DNA of 64,000 nt, from contig CAVTHT010000007.1 of the NCBI GenBank assembly GCA_963734575.1, positions 96,549 through 160,548 of the forward strand, read 5' to 3'. The stretch comes from an uncultured beta proteobacterium (lineage in GTDB: Bacteria; Pseudomonadota; Gammaproteobacteria; Burkholderiales; Casimicrobiaceae). Each line of letters opens with the position of its first letter. Within the stretch, counting starts at the first letter, position 1. Below, in pieces: positions 41,124 through 53,084 of this stretch. Below the pieces are notes generated by a model that made no database searches, was not told the origin of the DNA, and was given only the letters and a program-made list of their open reading frames with translations. The translations under genes were made by a program, and so were the position numbers.

Positions 41124-41265
41124 GGAATGGCTGTTCCTCGAATCACTCCTGGCACTCGCGATCGCCGGATTCATCGTCTGGTGGACCATGCGCGCTCCGC
41201 GCCGCCGCGATGCCACGCGCGAAGGCGCGAAGGGCGTTGCGGGCGACGATCGTCCGGACGCGTGA
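41122..41265 (+). CDS. Candidate small single-TM membrane protein (47 aa), unlisted in ORF track
   Basis: The sequence is MEWLFLESLLALAIAGFIVWWTMRAPRRRDATREGAKGVAGDDRPDA*. It has a hydrophobic helix then a basic tail, and GC3 is about 80%, consistent with coding. Its ATG (41122-41124) overlaps the mltA start codon on the other strand. Confidence 0.35.
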   Translation: MEWLFLESLLALAIAGFIVWWTMRAPRRRDATREGAKGVAGDDRPDA

Positions 41266-41653
41266 TCAGTGGAGCACGCGCGGAACGGAGAGGGTGAATT
41301 GCGGGATGGGCACCTCGAACGAGCGTCCGTCCTCGCCCACCATCTGGTAGGTGCCGTGCATCGTGCCGACGGCGGTCGCGAGCGTCGTCGCCGCTGGTGT
41401 ACTCGAAGCTCTCGCCGGGCTGCAGCAGCGGCTGCTGGCCGACGACGCCGAGGCCGCGCACTTCCTGCACGTTGTTCTCGCCGTCGGTGATCACCCAGTG
41501 GCGGCTGATGAGCTGCGCCGGCACGCTGCCTGCATTGGTGAGGGTGACGGTGTACGCGAAGACGAACTCGTTGCGCGAGGGCTCGCTGCGGTCGGCCAGG
41601 TAGGCCGTTTTGACGTCGACGCTGATCTCGTACCGATTGCCTTCGTCCATCAT
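41266..41653 (-). CDS. apaG: ApaG (DUF525) protein; one frame change near 41397
   Basis: MMDEGNRYEISVDVKTAYLADRSEPSRNEFVFAYTVTLTNAGSVPAQLISRHWVITDGENNVQEVRGLGVVGQQPLLQPGESFEYTSG. The sequence then continues in the +1 frame as TTLATAVGTMHGTYQMVGEDGRSFEVPIPQFTLSVPRVLH*. Confidence 0.8.
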
Positions 41654-41687
41654 TGAACCTGCATCATTCACGAGGAAATTATAAGCC

Positions 41688-42386
41688 ATGCCCGACTACC
41701 GAATCGCACCGTCGCTGCTCTCCGCGGACTTCGCGCGGCTCGGGGAAGAGGTGCGCAGCGTCGTCGACGCCGGTGCGGATCTCGTCCATTTCGACGTGAT
41801 GGACAACCATTACGTTCCCAACCTCACGGTCGGTCCGCTCGTCTGCGCCGCGATCAGGCCGCACGCGCGCGTGCCCATCGACGTGCATCTCATGGTGAAG
41901 CCGGTGGACCGCATCGTGCCGGACTTCGCGAAGGCGGGCGCGGACATCATCAGCTTCCATCCCGAGGCGTCGCGAGCACGTCGACCGCACGATCGCGCTG
42001 ATCCACGAATGCGGCTGCAAGGCGGGCCTCGTGCTCAACCCGGCGACGCCGCTCGCCTGGCTCGACCACACGCTCGCGAGCCTCGATCTCGTGCTGATCA
42101 TGTCGGTGAATCCCGGCTTCGGCGGCCAGTCGTTCATCCCGACTGCGCTCGACAAGATCACCGCCGTGCGCGCGCGCATCGACGACGTGCGCGCACGCAC
42201 CGGCCGCGCGATCATGCTCGAGGTGGACGGCGGCGTGAAGGTCGACAACATCGCCGCCATCGCACGCGCCGGCGCCGACACCTTCGTCGCGGGCAGCGCG
42301 ATCTTCTCGACGCCCGATTACCGCGCCACGATTGCAGGCATGCGCCGCGAGCTCGCGGGAGCCGGCGCGCGACCGGCCGGCCGTGA
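41688..42386 (+). CDS. rpe: Ribulose-phosphate 3-epimerase; frame change near 41970 (and probably one more near the 3' end)
   Basis: [95 protein letters not shown] / ...[49 protein letters not shown]...[48 protein letters not shown]. Confidence 0.85.
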   Translation: MPDYRIAPSLLSADFARLGEEVRSVVDAGADLVHFDVMDNHYVPNLTVGPLVCAAIRPHARVPIDVHLMVKPVDRIVPDFAKAGADIISFHPEASRARRPHDRADPRMRLQGGPRAQPGDAARLARPHAREPRSRADHVGESRLRRPVVHPDCARQDHRRARAHRRRARTHRPRDHARGGRRREGRQHRRHRTRRRRHLRRGQRDLLDARLPRHDCRHAPRARGSRRATGRP

Positions 42387-43095
42387 CGCGCCCGGCGCGG
42401 GTGTTCGAGGTCGGCGCCATCGCCCTCGATCTCGACGGCACGCTCCTCGACACGGTGCACGATCTCGCCGCATCGGTGAACGCGGTGCTGGCCGACTGGG
42501 GATGCCGCACGCTGCCCACGGAGAGCGTGCAGGCGATGGTCGGCAAGGGCATGGCCAATCTCATCCGGCGCGCGCTCGCCGCATCGCGCGGGATCGCGCC
42601 GGAGACCATCGACGATGCGGAGGCGCGGCGGGCGCTCGCGGATTACCAGGCGCACTACCGACGCAATCCTCGGGCAGCACACGCGCATGTTCGACGGCGT
42701 GCGCGAGGGGCTCGCGCGCCTGGCGCGCCATGGATCTGCCGCTCGCCGTCGTCACCAACAAGGCGAGCCGCTTCGTGCGGCCTCACCTCGCGCAGGCGGG
42801 CATCGAGCACTATTTCCGCATCGTGATCGGCGCCGACGACCTTCCCACGAAGAAGCCGCATCCCGGGCCGCTGCTGCACGTCGCGGCGGCGTTCGACGTC
42901 GCGCCGAGGCATCTGCTCATGGTCGGCGACTCGATCAACGACGCGCAGGCCGCACGCGCGGCGGGGTGTCCGGTGCTCATGGTTCCGTACGGCTACAACG
43001 AGGGCGAGCCGGTGCAAAGCGTGGACGCCGATGGTATAGTCCCCTCGCTGGCGGCGGTCGCGGATTGCGTCCGCCCCATCCATGTCCCCCGATGA
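42383..43095 (+). CDS. gph: Phosphoglycolate phosphatase (HAD family); frame change near 42700
   Basis: [59 protein letters not shown] / ...[88 protein letters not shown]. Confidence 0.8.
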
Positions 43096-43256
43096 GCCTC
43101 GACCTGACCCTCTGCAACGACATCGCCGCTCTCTCGCGGTGGTGGCGGGCGAACGACTGGCGCCGCTGGCGCTCCTGATCGTTCGCGCGCGCGCCGCGCG
43201 CCAAGCAGGCGGCGCAATGCAGCATCCGTTGCAACACCGGTCGAAACGAGGGTCCC

Positions 43257-44734
43257 GTGACTGAAGCCGAATTCCGCGCGCTCGCGGCTCAGGGCTACAA
43301 CCGTATTCCGCTCGTGCTCGAGTCCTTCGCGGACCTCGACACGCCGCTTTCGCTGTATCTCAAGCTCGCCAATGCGCCGATGAGCTACCTGCTCGAATCG
43401 GTGGTCGGCGGCGAGCGCTTCGGCCGCTACTCCTTCATCGGACTCCCCGCCAACGTGCGGGTCCGCGCCCGGGGAACGGAGATCGAGGTCGGCGATCGCA
43501 GGCAGGTGCTCGAGCGGCACCGCGGTGATCCGCTGGAATTCATCCAGACCTTCATGCGCCGCTATCGGGCTGCACCGTGGCCGGGGCTGCCGCGTTTCTG
43601 CGGCGGCCTCGCCGGCCTCTTCGGCTACGACGTCGTGCGTCACATCGAGCCTCGCCTGGCGCCCGGTGCGAAAGACGGCGCCGAGCCCATCGATCGCCTG
43701 CCGGATCTGCTGCTGCTGCTCACCGAGGAGCTCGCGGTCGTCGACAATCTCGCCGGCAAGATCTCCCTGATCGTGTACGCCGATCCCGCGGAGCACGACG
43801 CCTATGCACGCGGTCACGCTCGTCTCGACGCGCTGCGCAGCCGCCTTCGCGCGCCCGTGGCCGTGCCGCTGCAGCCGGCCACGCGCGTCACGGAGGCGCA
43901 GAGCAGCACCGGGCAGGCGGCCTTCGAGGACGCGGTGCGCACGGCCAAGGAATACATCGCGGCCGGCGACGTGATGCAGGTCGTGCTCTCGCAGCGCCTG
44001 TCCCGTCCGTATCGGGGAGTCGCCGCTCTCGCTGTACCGCGCCCTGCGCTCGCTCAATCCCTCGCCGTACATGTTCTACTACGACTTCGGCGAATTCCAC
44101 GTCGTGGGTGCGTCGCCGGAGATCCTCGTGCGCAAGGAGGGAGCGACCGTCACGTTGCGTCCCATCGCGGGCACGCGCCCGCGCGGCGCGACGCGCGAGG
44201 CCGACGAGCGCAACGCCACCGAGCTCCTCGCCGATCCGAAGGAGATCGCCGAGCACGTGATGCTCGTCGATCTGGGCCGCAACGACGTCGGCCGCGTGGC
44301 GGAAATCGGCAGCGTCAGCGTCACCGACCGCATGGTGGTGGAGCGCTACTCCCACGTGATGCACATCGTGTCCAACGTCGAAGGGACGACTGCGCCCCGG
44401 GCTCGCAGCACTCGACGTGCTGCGCGCGGCGTTTCCCGCGGGCACCGTGAGTGGTGCGCCGAAGGTGCGCGCCATGGAGATCATCGACGAGCTCGAGACG
44501 AGCCGGCGCGCGGTGTACGCGGGCGCCGTCGGCTACCTGAGCTTCCAGGACGACCTCGACACCGCGATCGCGATCCGCACCGGCGTCATCGTCGACGGCA
44601 CGCTCTACGTGCAGGCGGGTGCAGGCATCGTGCACGATTCGGTGCCCGCGTCCGAATGGCAGGAGACCCTGAACAAGGCTCGCGCGGTGCTGCGTGCGGC
44701 CGACATGGTGCAGCGCGGGCTCGACCTCGAATGA
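43257..44734 (+). CDS. trpE: Anthranilate synthase component I; at least two frame changes (about 44030, about 44390)
   Basis: [65 protein letters not shown]... / [24 protein letters not shown]...[13 protein letters not shown]...[24 protein letters not shown] / ...[26 protein letters not shown]...[25 protein letters not shown]. Confidence 0.85.
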
Positions 44735-45983
44735 GCGAATCCCGACCGCCCGAAGACGCGGCGATGGCCGGATTGCGCGCGGTGCAGTCGGCCATCCAGC
44801 GCTTCCTGCTCCTCGAGTCCGCAGGCGGCATCCTGCTCGTCGGCGCCGCGGTGCTCGCGACGCTGCTGATGAACTCGCCGCTCGCCGGCGGCTACGCCGC
44901 GTTCCTGCAGCTGCCGGTCACGATGCAGTTCGGCGATCTCGGGGTCTCGAAGCCGCTCTTGCTGTGGATCAACGACGGCCTGATGGCGATCTTCTTCTTC
45001 CTGGTAGGACTGGAGCTCAAGCGCGAGCTCCTCGAAGGCGAGCTCTCCACGCGCAGCCAGGTACTGTTGCCCGCCGCAGCGGCCATCGGCGGCATGGCGG
45101 TACCGGCGATCGTGTACGTGCTGTTCAACGCCGGCGATCCCGTGGCGATCAAGGGCTGGGCGATTCCCGCGGCGACGGACATCGCGTTCGCGGTCGGGGT
45201 GCTCACGGTGCTCGGCACCCGGGTGCCCGCGTCGCTCAAGATCTTCCTGCTCGCGCTCGCGATCATCGACGATCTCGGGGCGATCATCATCATCGCGTTG
45301 TTCTACACCGGTGGGCTGTCCACGCTGGCGCTTCTCGTGGCCGCCGTCGCGATGGTCGTGCTGCTCGCCTTCAACCTCGGCGGCGTGATGCGTCCGACCG
45401 CCTATTACATCGTCGGTGTCGCGCTCTGGCTCGCCGTGCTCAAGTCCGGTGTGCATGCCACGCTGGCCGGGGTGCTCTGCGCGGCATTCGTTCCGCTCAA
45501 GGGCCGTCGCGGATCCGAGCCGTCGCCCCTGCGCACGCTCGAGGAGAGCCTGCATCCATGGGTCGTGTACGCGATCCTGCCGGTGTTCGCGCTCACCAAT
45601 GCCGGCATCGACTTCTCCGGCGTATCGCTCGAGGATCTCACCGGGCGCGTGCCGCTGGGGATCGCCGCGGGCCTGTTCATCGGCAAGCAGGCCGGCGTCT
45701 TCCTCACGGTCCTGCTGCTCGTGAAGACGGGCCTCGCGAGCAAGCCGGAAGGGGCGCGCTGGTCGCACATCTATGGCGTCGCCGTGCTCTGCGGCATCGG
45801 GTTCACGATGAGCCTCTTCATCGGCTCGCTCGCCGTGGAAACGCACGGCGAGCGGTACCAGACGAGCGTGCGCGTCGGTGTCATCGCGGGCTCGCTCCTC
45901 TCGGCGCTCGTCGGCTACCTGTTCCTGCGCTTCGTGGCACCGCCAGCCGTATGCGAAGCCGTCCCACCGGGACGAAGGCGTGA
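44731..45983 (+). CDS. nhaA: Na+/H+ antiporter NhaA inserted between trpE and trpG; 3' end unresolved (reads in frame into trpG)
   Basis: [28 protein letters not shown]...[23 protein letters not shown]...[15 protein letters not shown]...[21 protein letters not shown]. The ATG overlaps the trpE TGA. A TGA in another frame (45981-45983) sits immediately before the trpG ATG. Confidence 0.8.
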
Positions 45984-45984
45984 C

Positions 45985-46580
<596 letters not shown>

Positions 46581-46604
46581 ACCCAGCCCCCGCCAGAGGA
46601 CCAC

Positions 46605-47637
46605 ATGCCCATCACCATGCAGGAAGCCTTGCAGCGCACGATCGAGCACAGGGAGATCTTCCACGACGAGATGCTCGCGCTGATGCGCCGGATCATGAGC
46701 GGCGAAGCGACGCCGGTCATGATCGCGGCGCTCACCGTCGGACTGCGGGTCAAGAAGGAAACCGTCGGCGAGATCGCCGCGGCGGCGCAGGTCATGCGCG
46801 AGTTCGCGACGCGCGTCGAGGTCCCTGACCAGGAGCACCTGGTCGACATCGTCGGCACCGGCGGCGACTCCGCGCACACGTTCAACATCTCCACCGCGTC
46901 GATGTTCGTCGCCGCCGCCGCCGGCGCGCGCGTCGCGAAGCACGGCGGCCGGTCGGTGTCGTCGAAGTCCGGCAGCGCCGACGTGCTGGAGGCGCTCGGG
47001 CGCGAACATCATGCTGAGTCCCGCCCAGGTCGCGACGTGCATCGCGGAGACCGGGATCGGGTTCATGTTCGCACCGAGCCATCACACCGCGATGAAGCAT
47101 GCGGCACCGGTGCGGCGCGAGCTCGGCATACGCACGATCTTCAACATCCTCGGGCCGCTCACCAATCCGGCGGGCGCACCGAATCAGCTCCTCGGCGTGT
47201 TCCATCCCGACCTCGTCGGCATCCAGGTGCGCGTGCTGCAGCGCCTCGGCAGCCGCCACGTGATGGTGGTGTACGGCAAGGACGGCATGGACGAGGTCTC
47301 CCTCGGTGCGGCCACGATGGTCGGCGAGCTCAAGGACGGCGACGTGCGCGAGTACGAGATCCATCCCGAGGACTTCGGACTGCGCATGATCAGCAACCGC
47401 GGCCTCAAGGTCGCCGACGCGGTCGAGTCGAAGGACATGGTGCTCGAAGCGCTCTCCGCCGTGGAGGGCACGCCGCGCGAGATCGTGGTGCTGAATGCGG
47501 GGGTGGCGCTCTACACCGCCGACGTCGCGGCCACGATCGCCGAAGGCATCGAGCGCGCACGCGAGGCGGTGGCGAGCGGCCGGGCACGCCGCAAGCTCGA
47601 GCAGTTCGTCGAAGCCACGAAGAAGCTCGGCGGATGA
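46605..47637 (+). CDS. trpD: Anthranilate phosphoribosyltransferase; one frame change near 47000
   Basis: [68 protein letters not shown]...[53 protein letters not shown] / ...[16 protein letters not shown]... Confidence 0.85.
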
Positions 47638-47674
47638 CGCGCGGGATCCTCGCTCGCGTCGCGCCGGGGCGCAC

Positions 47675-48464
47675 ATGAGCGACATCCTCGCGCGCATTCT
47701 CGCGACCAAGGCGGAGGAGATCGCACGGGCGCGCGGCGAACGCCCGCTCGCCGCGGTCGACGCCATGGCGCGCAGCCGAACGGACGTGCGCGATTTCGTC
47801 GGCGCGCTCCGCGGCACGATCGCGGCGGGCCGCGCCGCGGTGATCGCGGAGGTCAAGAAGGCGAGCCCCAGCAAGGGCCTGCTGCGGCCCGACTTCGATC
47901 CCGCCGCGATCGGCAGGAGCTATGCGGACGGCGGCGCTGCTTGCCTCTCCGTGCTCACCGACCGGCAGTACTTCCAGGGCGCGCCGGAGTATCTCGACAT
48001 GGCACGCGCGGCGAGCGGCCTGCCGGCGTTGCGCAAGGACTTCATCGTCGACGAGTACCAGGTCGCGGAAGCGCGGGCCATCGGCGCGGACGCCGTGCTG
48101 CTCATCGTCGCCGCGCTCGACGATGCCCGCCTCGCATGCGCTCGAGGCGGCCGCCGAAGGCTACGGCCTCGCGGTGCTCGTGGAAGTGCACGACGCGCAC
48201 GAGCTCGACCGCGCGCTCGCGCTGCGCACGCCGCTCATCGGCATCAACAACCGCGACCTGCGCACCTTCGAGGTCCGCCTCGAGACCACGCTCGATCTCC
48301 TGCCGCGCATTCCGCGCGAGCGCCTCGTGATCACCGAAAGCGGCATCCACGCCGCGGCGGACGTCGCGCGCATGCGCTCACGCGGCGTCGATGCGTTCCT
48401 GGTCGGCGAGGCGTTCATGCGCGCGGCCGACCCCGGCGCCGCGTTGCGCGCGATGTTCGCCTGA
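47675..48464 (+). CDS. trpC: Indole-3-glycerol phosphate synthase; one frame change near 48125
   Basis: [20 protein letters not shown]...[53 protein letters not shown]...[30 protein letters not shown] / ...[20 protein letters not shown]...[14 protein letters not shown]...ESGI. Confidence 0.85.
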
Positions 48465-48596
48465 CGCACGCCCGGACGTGATCGCATCGCAAATGCGGTG
48501 CTATCATTCCTGCCGTTTGCTGATCCCGCGCGTACTCGCGCCCGGGCGTTGGTCACGGCGTTGACCAACTGCATCACGCCCCACCAGGAGCGCGTC

Positions 48597-49688
48597 TTGT
48601 CGGCCATCGTCGCCGAAAAACTCAGCAAGCACTGGACCACCGCCGAAGGGCAGGTACGCGCCGTGGACGCGGTGTCGTTCGCCTTCGACGAGGGCACGCT
48701 CAACGTCCTGCTCGGACCGTCGGGTTGCGGCAAGTCCACGACGCTGCGCCTGATCGCCGGTCTCGAGCAGGCCGACGGCGGACGCGTGCAGATCGCCGGA
48801 CGCGATGTCACGGGCCTGCCACCTGCGCAGCGCAACATCGCGATGGTGTTCCAGTCGTATGCGCTTTTCCCGCATCTCACCGTGGCCGAGAACATCGTGT
48901 TCGGCCTGCGCGTGCGCAAGGTCGACGCCGCCGAGCGCGGGCGCCGCCTCGACAAGGTCGCGGGCCTGCTCGGTCTCGGCAAGCTCCTCGACCGGAAACC
49001 GGGGCAGCTCTCCGGCGGACAGCAGCAGCGCGTGGCGCTGGGCCGCGCGATCATCGCCGAAGCGCCGGTGTGCCTCATGGACGAGCCGCTGTCGAATCTC
49101 GATGCGCAGCTGCGCCAGGAAATGCGGGCGGAGATCCGCAGCCTGCAGCGCACGCTGGGCATCACGATGGTGTACGTGACGCACGACCAGGTCGAGGCGA
49201 TGTCGATGGCCGACCGCGTCGTGCTGCTCAACGCAGGCCGCATCGAGCAGAACGGCGCGCCGGCTGACCTGTACGACATGCCCGCGAACACGTTCGTCGC
49301 GCGATTCATCGGCACGCCGCCGATGAACCTGCTCCCGCTCGTCGCGGGCAGCGACGGCGCGGTGATCGCCGGCACGACGGGCCCCTCGTTCGCGCCGGCG
49401 AGCGCCGCCGGCTGGACGCTCGGCGTGCGCCCGGAGCACGTCAGCCTCGCCTTCGAGCGCGGCGTGCGTGCCGAGGTCGTCGCCAGCGAATATCTCGGCG
49501 CCGACTCCCTGCTGAGCTGCCGGGTCGGCACCGCCGGCGTCACGGTGCGCAGCGCGGGACGCGTCGCACTCTCGGCAGGCGACACGGCGTGGCTCACGTG
49601 GTCGCCCGCCGCGCAGCATTTCTTCGGACCCGACGGGGTGCGCGTCGCCGAGCGCGATCATGCCCCGGCGGCAACCATGCTCGCGTAG
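48597..49688 (+). CDS. CUT1-family carbohydrate ABC transporter ATP-binding protein (MalK/UgpC-like), probable TTG start
   Basis: Walker A LLGPSGCGKSTTLR, Q-loop, signature LSGGQQQRVALGRA, Walker B CLMDEPLSNLD, H-loop YVTHDQ, and a C-terminal TOBE-like regulatory domain. Confidence 0.85.
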   Translation: MSAIVAEKLSKHWTTAEGQVRAVDAVSFAFDEGTLNVLLGPSGCGKSTTLRLIAGLEQADGGRVQIAGRDVTGLPPAQRNIAMVFQSYALFPHLTVAENIVFGLRVRKVDAAERGRRLDKVAGLLGLGKLLDRKPGQLSGGQQQRVALGRAIIAEAPVCLMDEPLSNLDAQLRQEMRAEIRSLQRTLGITMVYVTHDQVEAMSMADRVVLLNAGRIEQNGAPADLYDMPANTFVARFIGTPPMNLLPLVAGSDGAVIAGTTGPSFAPASAAGWTLGVRPEHVSLAFERGVRAEVVASEYLGADSLLSCRVGTAGVTVRSAGRVALSAGDTAWLTWSPAAQHFFGPDGVRVAERDHAPAATMLA

Positions 49689-49720
49689 CAACAACAACGT
49701 TTCATCACGGAGGAGAAGAC

Positions 49721-51014
49721 ATGTTCTCGAGCTTGTTGGCACGTGTGATCGCCGGCGTCGCGTTGCTGGTGGCGATGGATGACGCCGACGCTGGCGCAGG
49801 CCCCGGTGGAGGTTTCGTTCTACTACCCGGTCGCGGTCGGCGGCCCGATCACCAAGATCATCGACGGCTACGCCGCCGATTTCCAGAAGGAGAACCCGGG
49901 GATCCGGCTGCGCCCGATCTACTCGGGCAGCTACCAGGATTCGATCACCAAGGCGCTCACGGCGGTGAAGAGCGGCGAGCCGCCCGTGATGTCGATCCTC
50001 CTGTCCACCGACATGTTCACGCTGATCGACGAAGACGCGATCGTGCCGTTCGACGATCTCATCCGCACCAACGACGATCGCGCCTGGCTGAAGAGCTTCT
50101 ATCCGGCCTTCATGGAGAACAGCCAGACCGGCGGCAAGACGTGGGGCATCCCGTTCCAGCGCTCGACCATCGTGCTGTACTACAACAAGGAGCTGTTCAA
50201 GGAAGCGGGGCTCGATCCCAACCGTCCGCCGGGAACGTGGAAGGAGATGGCGGACTACGCGCAGAAGCTCACCAAGCACGACGGCTCCGGCAAGGTGACG
50301 CAATGGGGCATCCAGATCCCGTCGTCGGGGTTCCCGTACTGGCTCTTCCAGGCGCTCGCGATCGAGAACGGCGTGAACCTCATGAACGAGGCCGGCACGC
50401 AGACGTACTACGATCGTCCCGAGGTGATCGACGCGCTGCAGTACTGGGTCGACCTCGTGAAGAAGTACAAGGTGCACCCGGAAGGCATCGTCGACTGGGG
50501 CACCACGCCGAAGGACTTCTTCGAGCGCAAGGTCGCGATGGTGTGGACGACGACGGGCAATCTCACCAACGTCAAGAGCAACGCCAAGTTCGATTTCGGC
50601 GTGGCGATGCTTCCGGCCGGCAAGCAGCGGGGCAGCCCGACGGGCGGCGGCAACTTCTACCTTTTCAAGAAGAGCACGCCGCAGCAGCGCGAGGCCGCGC
50701 TCAAGTTCATCAAGTGGGTCACCTCGCCCGAGCGCGCAGCGCAGTGGGGCATCGACACGGGTTACGTGGCAGTGCGCGCGGATGCGTGGGACACGCCGGT
50801 CATGAAGCAGTACGTCGCGGGCTTTCCCGCCGCGGTGGTCGCGCGTGATCAACTGCCGTACGCCAAGGCGGAGCTTTCCACGCACGACAACCAGCGCGTG
50901 ACCAAGGCGCTCAACGACGGCCTGCAAGCGGCGCTCACGGGCACCAAGACGCCGGAGCAGGCGATGAAGGACGCGCAGCGCGAGGCCGAGCGGCTGCTGC
51001 GCTCGTATCGTTGA
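49721..51014 (+). CDS. ABC transporter periplasmic substrate-binding protein (family 1, UgpB-like); frame change near 49778 inside signal peptide
   Basis: MFSSLLARVIAGVALLVAM / ...TPTLAQAPVEVSFYYPVAVGGPITKIIDGYAADFQKENPGIRLRPIYSGSYQDSITKAL... Confidence 0.8.
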
Positions 51015-51098
51015 CGGCATGGAGCCCTGCGTGGCGCGCGCCGACGTCGCTGCGATGAAGCGGCGCGCGGTGATGCGCACGTCGCGCGCTTCCTGATC

Positions 51099-52020
51099 AT
51101 GGCCACGGTCGCGCCCGCCCTGCCGGCACCCCGGGTGGGCGTGGTCGTGCGCTCGCGCGAGTGGGTGCACGCGTGGCTGCTGCTCCTGCCGGCCGTGGCC
51201 CTGCTCGCGCTCTTCACGCACTATCCGGCGCTCGCCACGCTGTGGCACAGCTTCTTCACCACGCCCAAGGGCAGCCGGCCGTCGCGATTCGCCGGGCTCG
51301 ACAACTACCGTCAGCTCGGCGAAGACCCGATCTTCTGGCAGTCGCTCACCAACAATCTCATCTACGCGGCAGGGACCATCCCGCTCTCCATCGCGCTCGC
51401 CATGCTGATGGCGGTGTGGGTGAACAAGCGCATCGCGGGTCGCGGCTTCCTGCGTCTTGCGTACTTCACGCCGACCATCCTGCCGATGATCGCCGTGGCG
51501 AACATCTGGCTCTTCTTCTTCACGCCGGAGTACGGGCTGCTCGAAAAATGGCTGGGCGCGCTCGGCTTCGGCAGCCACAACTGGCTGGGCAGCAAGAACA
51601 CCGCGCTCGGCTGCCTGATGGTGGTCACGGTGTGGAAGGAGGCGGGCTTCTTCATGATCTTCTATCTCGCCGCCCTGCAATCGATGTCGCCGAATCTCGC
51701 CGAGGCCGCGGCGATCGAGGGTGCGTCGCGGTGGTACTTCTTCCGCCGGGTGACCTTCCCGCTGCTGATGCCCACCACGCTGTTCGTGCTTCGTGAACGC
51801 GGTGATCAACGCGTTCCGGCTGGTCGACCACGTGGTGGTGATGACCCGCGGCGGGCCCGACAACGCGACCGAGCTCCTCCTCTACTACGTGTACGAGATC
51901 GGCTTCCGCTTCTGGGATTCCGCCTATGCGGCCGCGCTGACCGTGGTGCTGCTCGCGATCCTCGGCGTGGTCGCCCTGCTGCAGTTCTTCTTCCTCGAGC
52001 GCAAGGTGCATTACCAGTGA
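51099..52020 (+). CDS. ABC transporter permease (UgpA/MalF-like); frame change near 51785
   Basis: Six-TM permease with an EAA-like loop: LAEAAAIEGASRWYFFRRVTFPLLMPTTLFVL / VNAVINAFRLVDHVVVMTRGGPDNATELLLYYVYEIGF. Confidence 0.8.
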
Positions 52021-52845
52021 CGCCGCTCGACGCCTCGCCGCGCTGGATGCAGGCGCTGGAGACGACCGGCGCGTGGACGCTCGGTCTCCTCTGGATCCTG
52101 CCGCTCGCGTATGCGTTCTGGACGGCGTTCCATCCCGGCGAGTTCTCGACGCGCTTCGTGATCGATGCGCCCGTCGACCCTCGCCAACTTCGTCGCGGCG
52201 TGGCATGCGGCGCCGTTCGCGCGCTACTTCCTGAACACCGTGCTCCTCGTGAGCATGGTGCTCGCAGCGCAGCTCGTGCTCGTGACGCTCGCCGCCTATG
52301 CGTTCGCGCGCTACACGTTCCCGGGACGCGGCGTGCTGTTCGCGCTGGTGCTCGTGCAGCTCATGGTCATGCCCGACGTGCTGATCGTGGAGAACTATCG
52401 CACCATGGCGGCACTGGGTCTCAAGGACACGATCCTCGCCATCGGATTGCCTTACATGGCGAGCGCCTTCGGCATCTTCCTCTTGCGCCAGACGTTCAAG
52501 ACGGTGCCGCGCGAGCTCGACGAGGCGGCGCGGATCGAGGGTTGCAGCGCGCTGCAGGTGCTGTGGAAGGTGTACGTTCCGCTGGCCCGCCCGACGTACC
52601 TCGCGTACGCACTCGTCAGCGTGTCGTACCACTGGAACAACTTCCTGTGGCCGCTCATCATCACGAACTCGGTCGAATCGCGTCCGGTCACCGTGGGCCT
52701 GCAGGTGTTCTCCGCGACGGACCAGGGGATCGACTGGGCGATCATCACGGCCGCGACCTTGCTGTCGGTGGCGCCGCTGCTGATTGCTTTCCTGCTGTTC
52801 CAGCGGCAGTTCGTGCAGTCCTTCATGCGCGCCGGCATCCGGTGA
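52017..52845 (+). CDS. ABC transporter permease (UgpE/MalG-like), GTG overlapping previous stop; frame change near 52160
   Basis: LDEAARIEGCSALQVLWKVYVPLARPTYLAYALVSVSYHWNNFLWPLIIT (EAA motif region), and a C-terminal TM segment. Confidence 0.8.
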
Positions 52846-53030
52846 CATTGCCGCGCTGGCCGGCGGATATGGGGCGCATGCTTCGTTGCTGCTCGATTTC
52901 GGTGCTCACGTACTTTGCGTGTACGTTCCGCTCGAAATCTCCGCTGCGCCTCGCCTGCGCCTCATCTCCGGGGCCATCATCGTCAATGTCGACGCGACGC
53001 TCCGCGAAGCGGCGCAATCTATCCATTCAT

Positions 53031-53054
53031 TCTGTAGGTCAGGCTTCAGCCTGA
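53031..53054. repeat. REP-like element copy 5 (CTGTAGGTCAGGCTTCAGCCTGAC), same family as the lipA-mltA cluster
   Basis: ctgtaggtcaggcttcagcctgac lies 30 nt upstream of the EEP gene ATG. Confidence 0.75.
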
Positions 53055-53084
53055 CACCGTGATGCATTCCCGAAAGGCCACGCC

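Noticed and set aside
48504-51863. 1119-aa minus-strand ORF
   Set aside because: It is antisense to the ABC ATPase, binding-protein and permease genes. It has no motif content.
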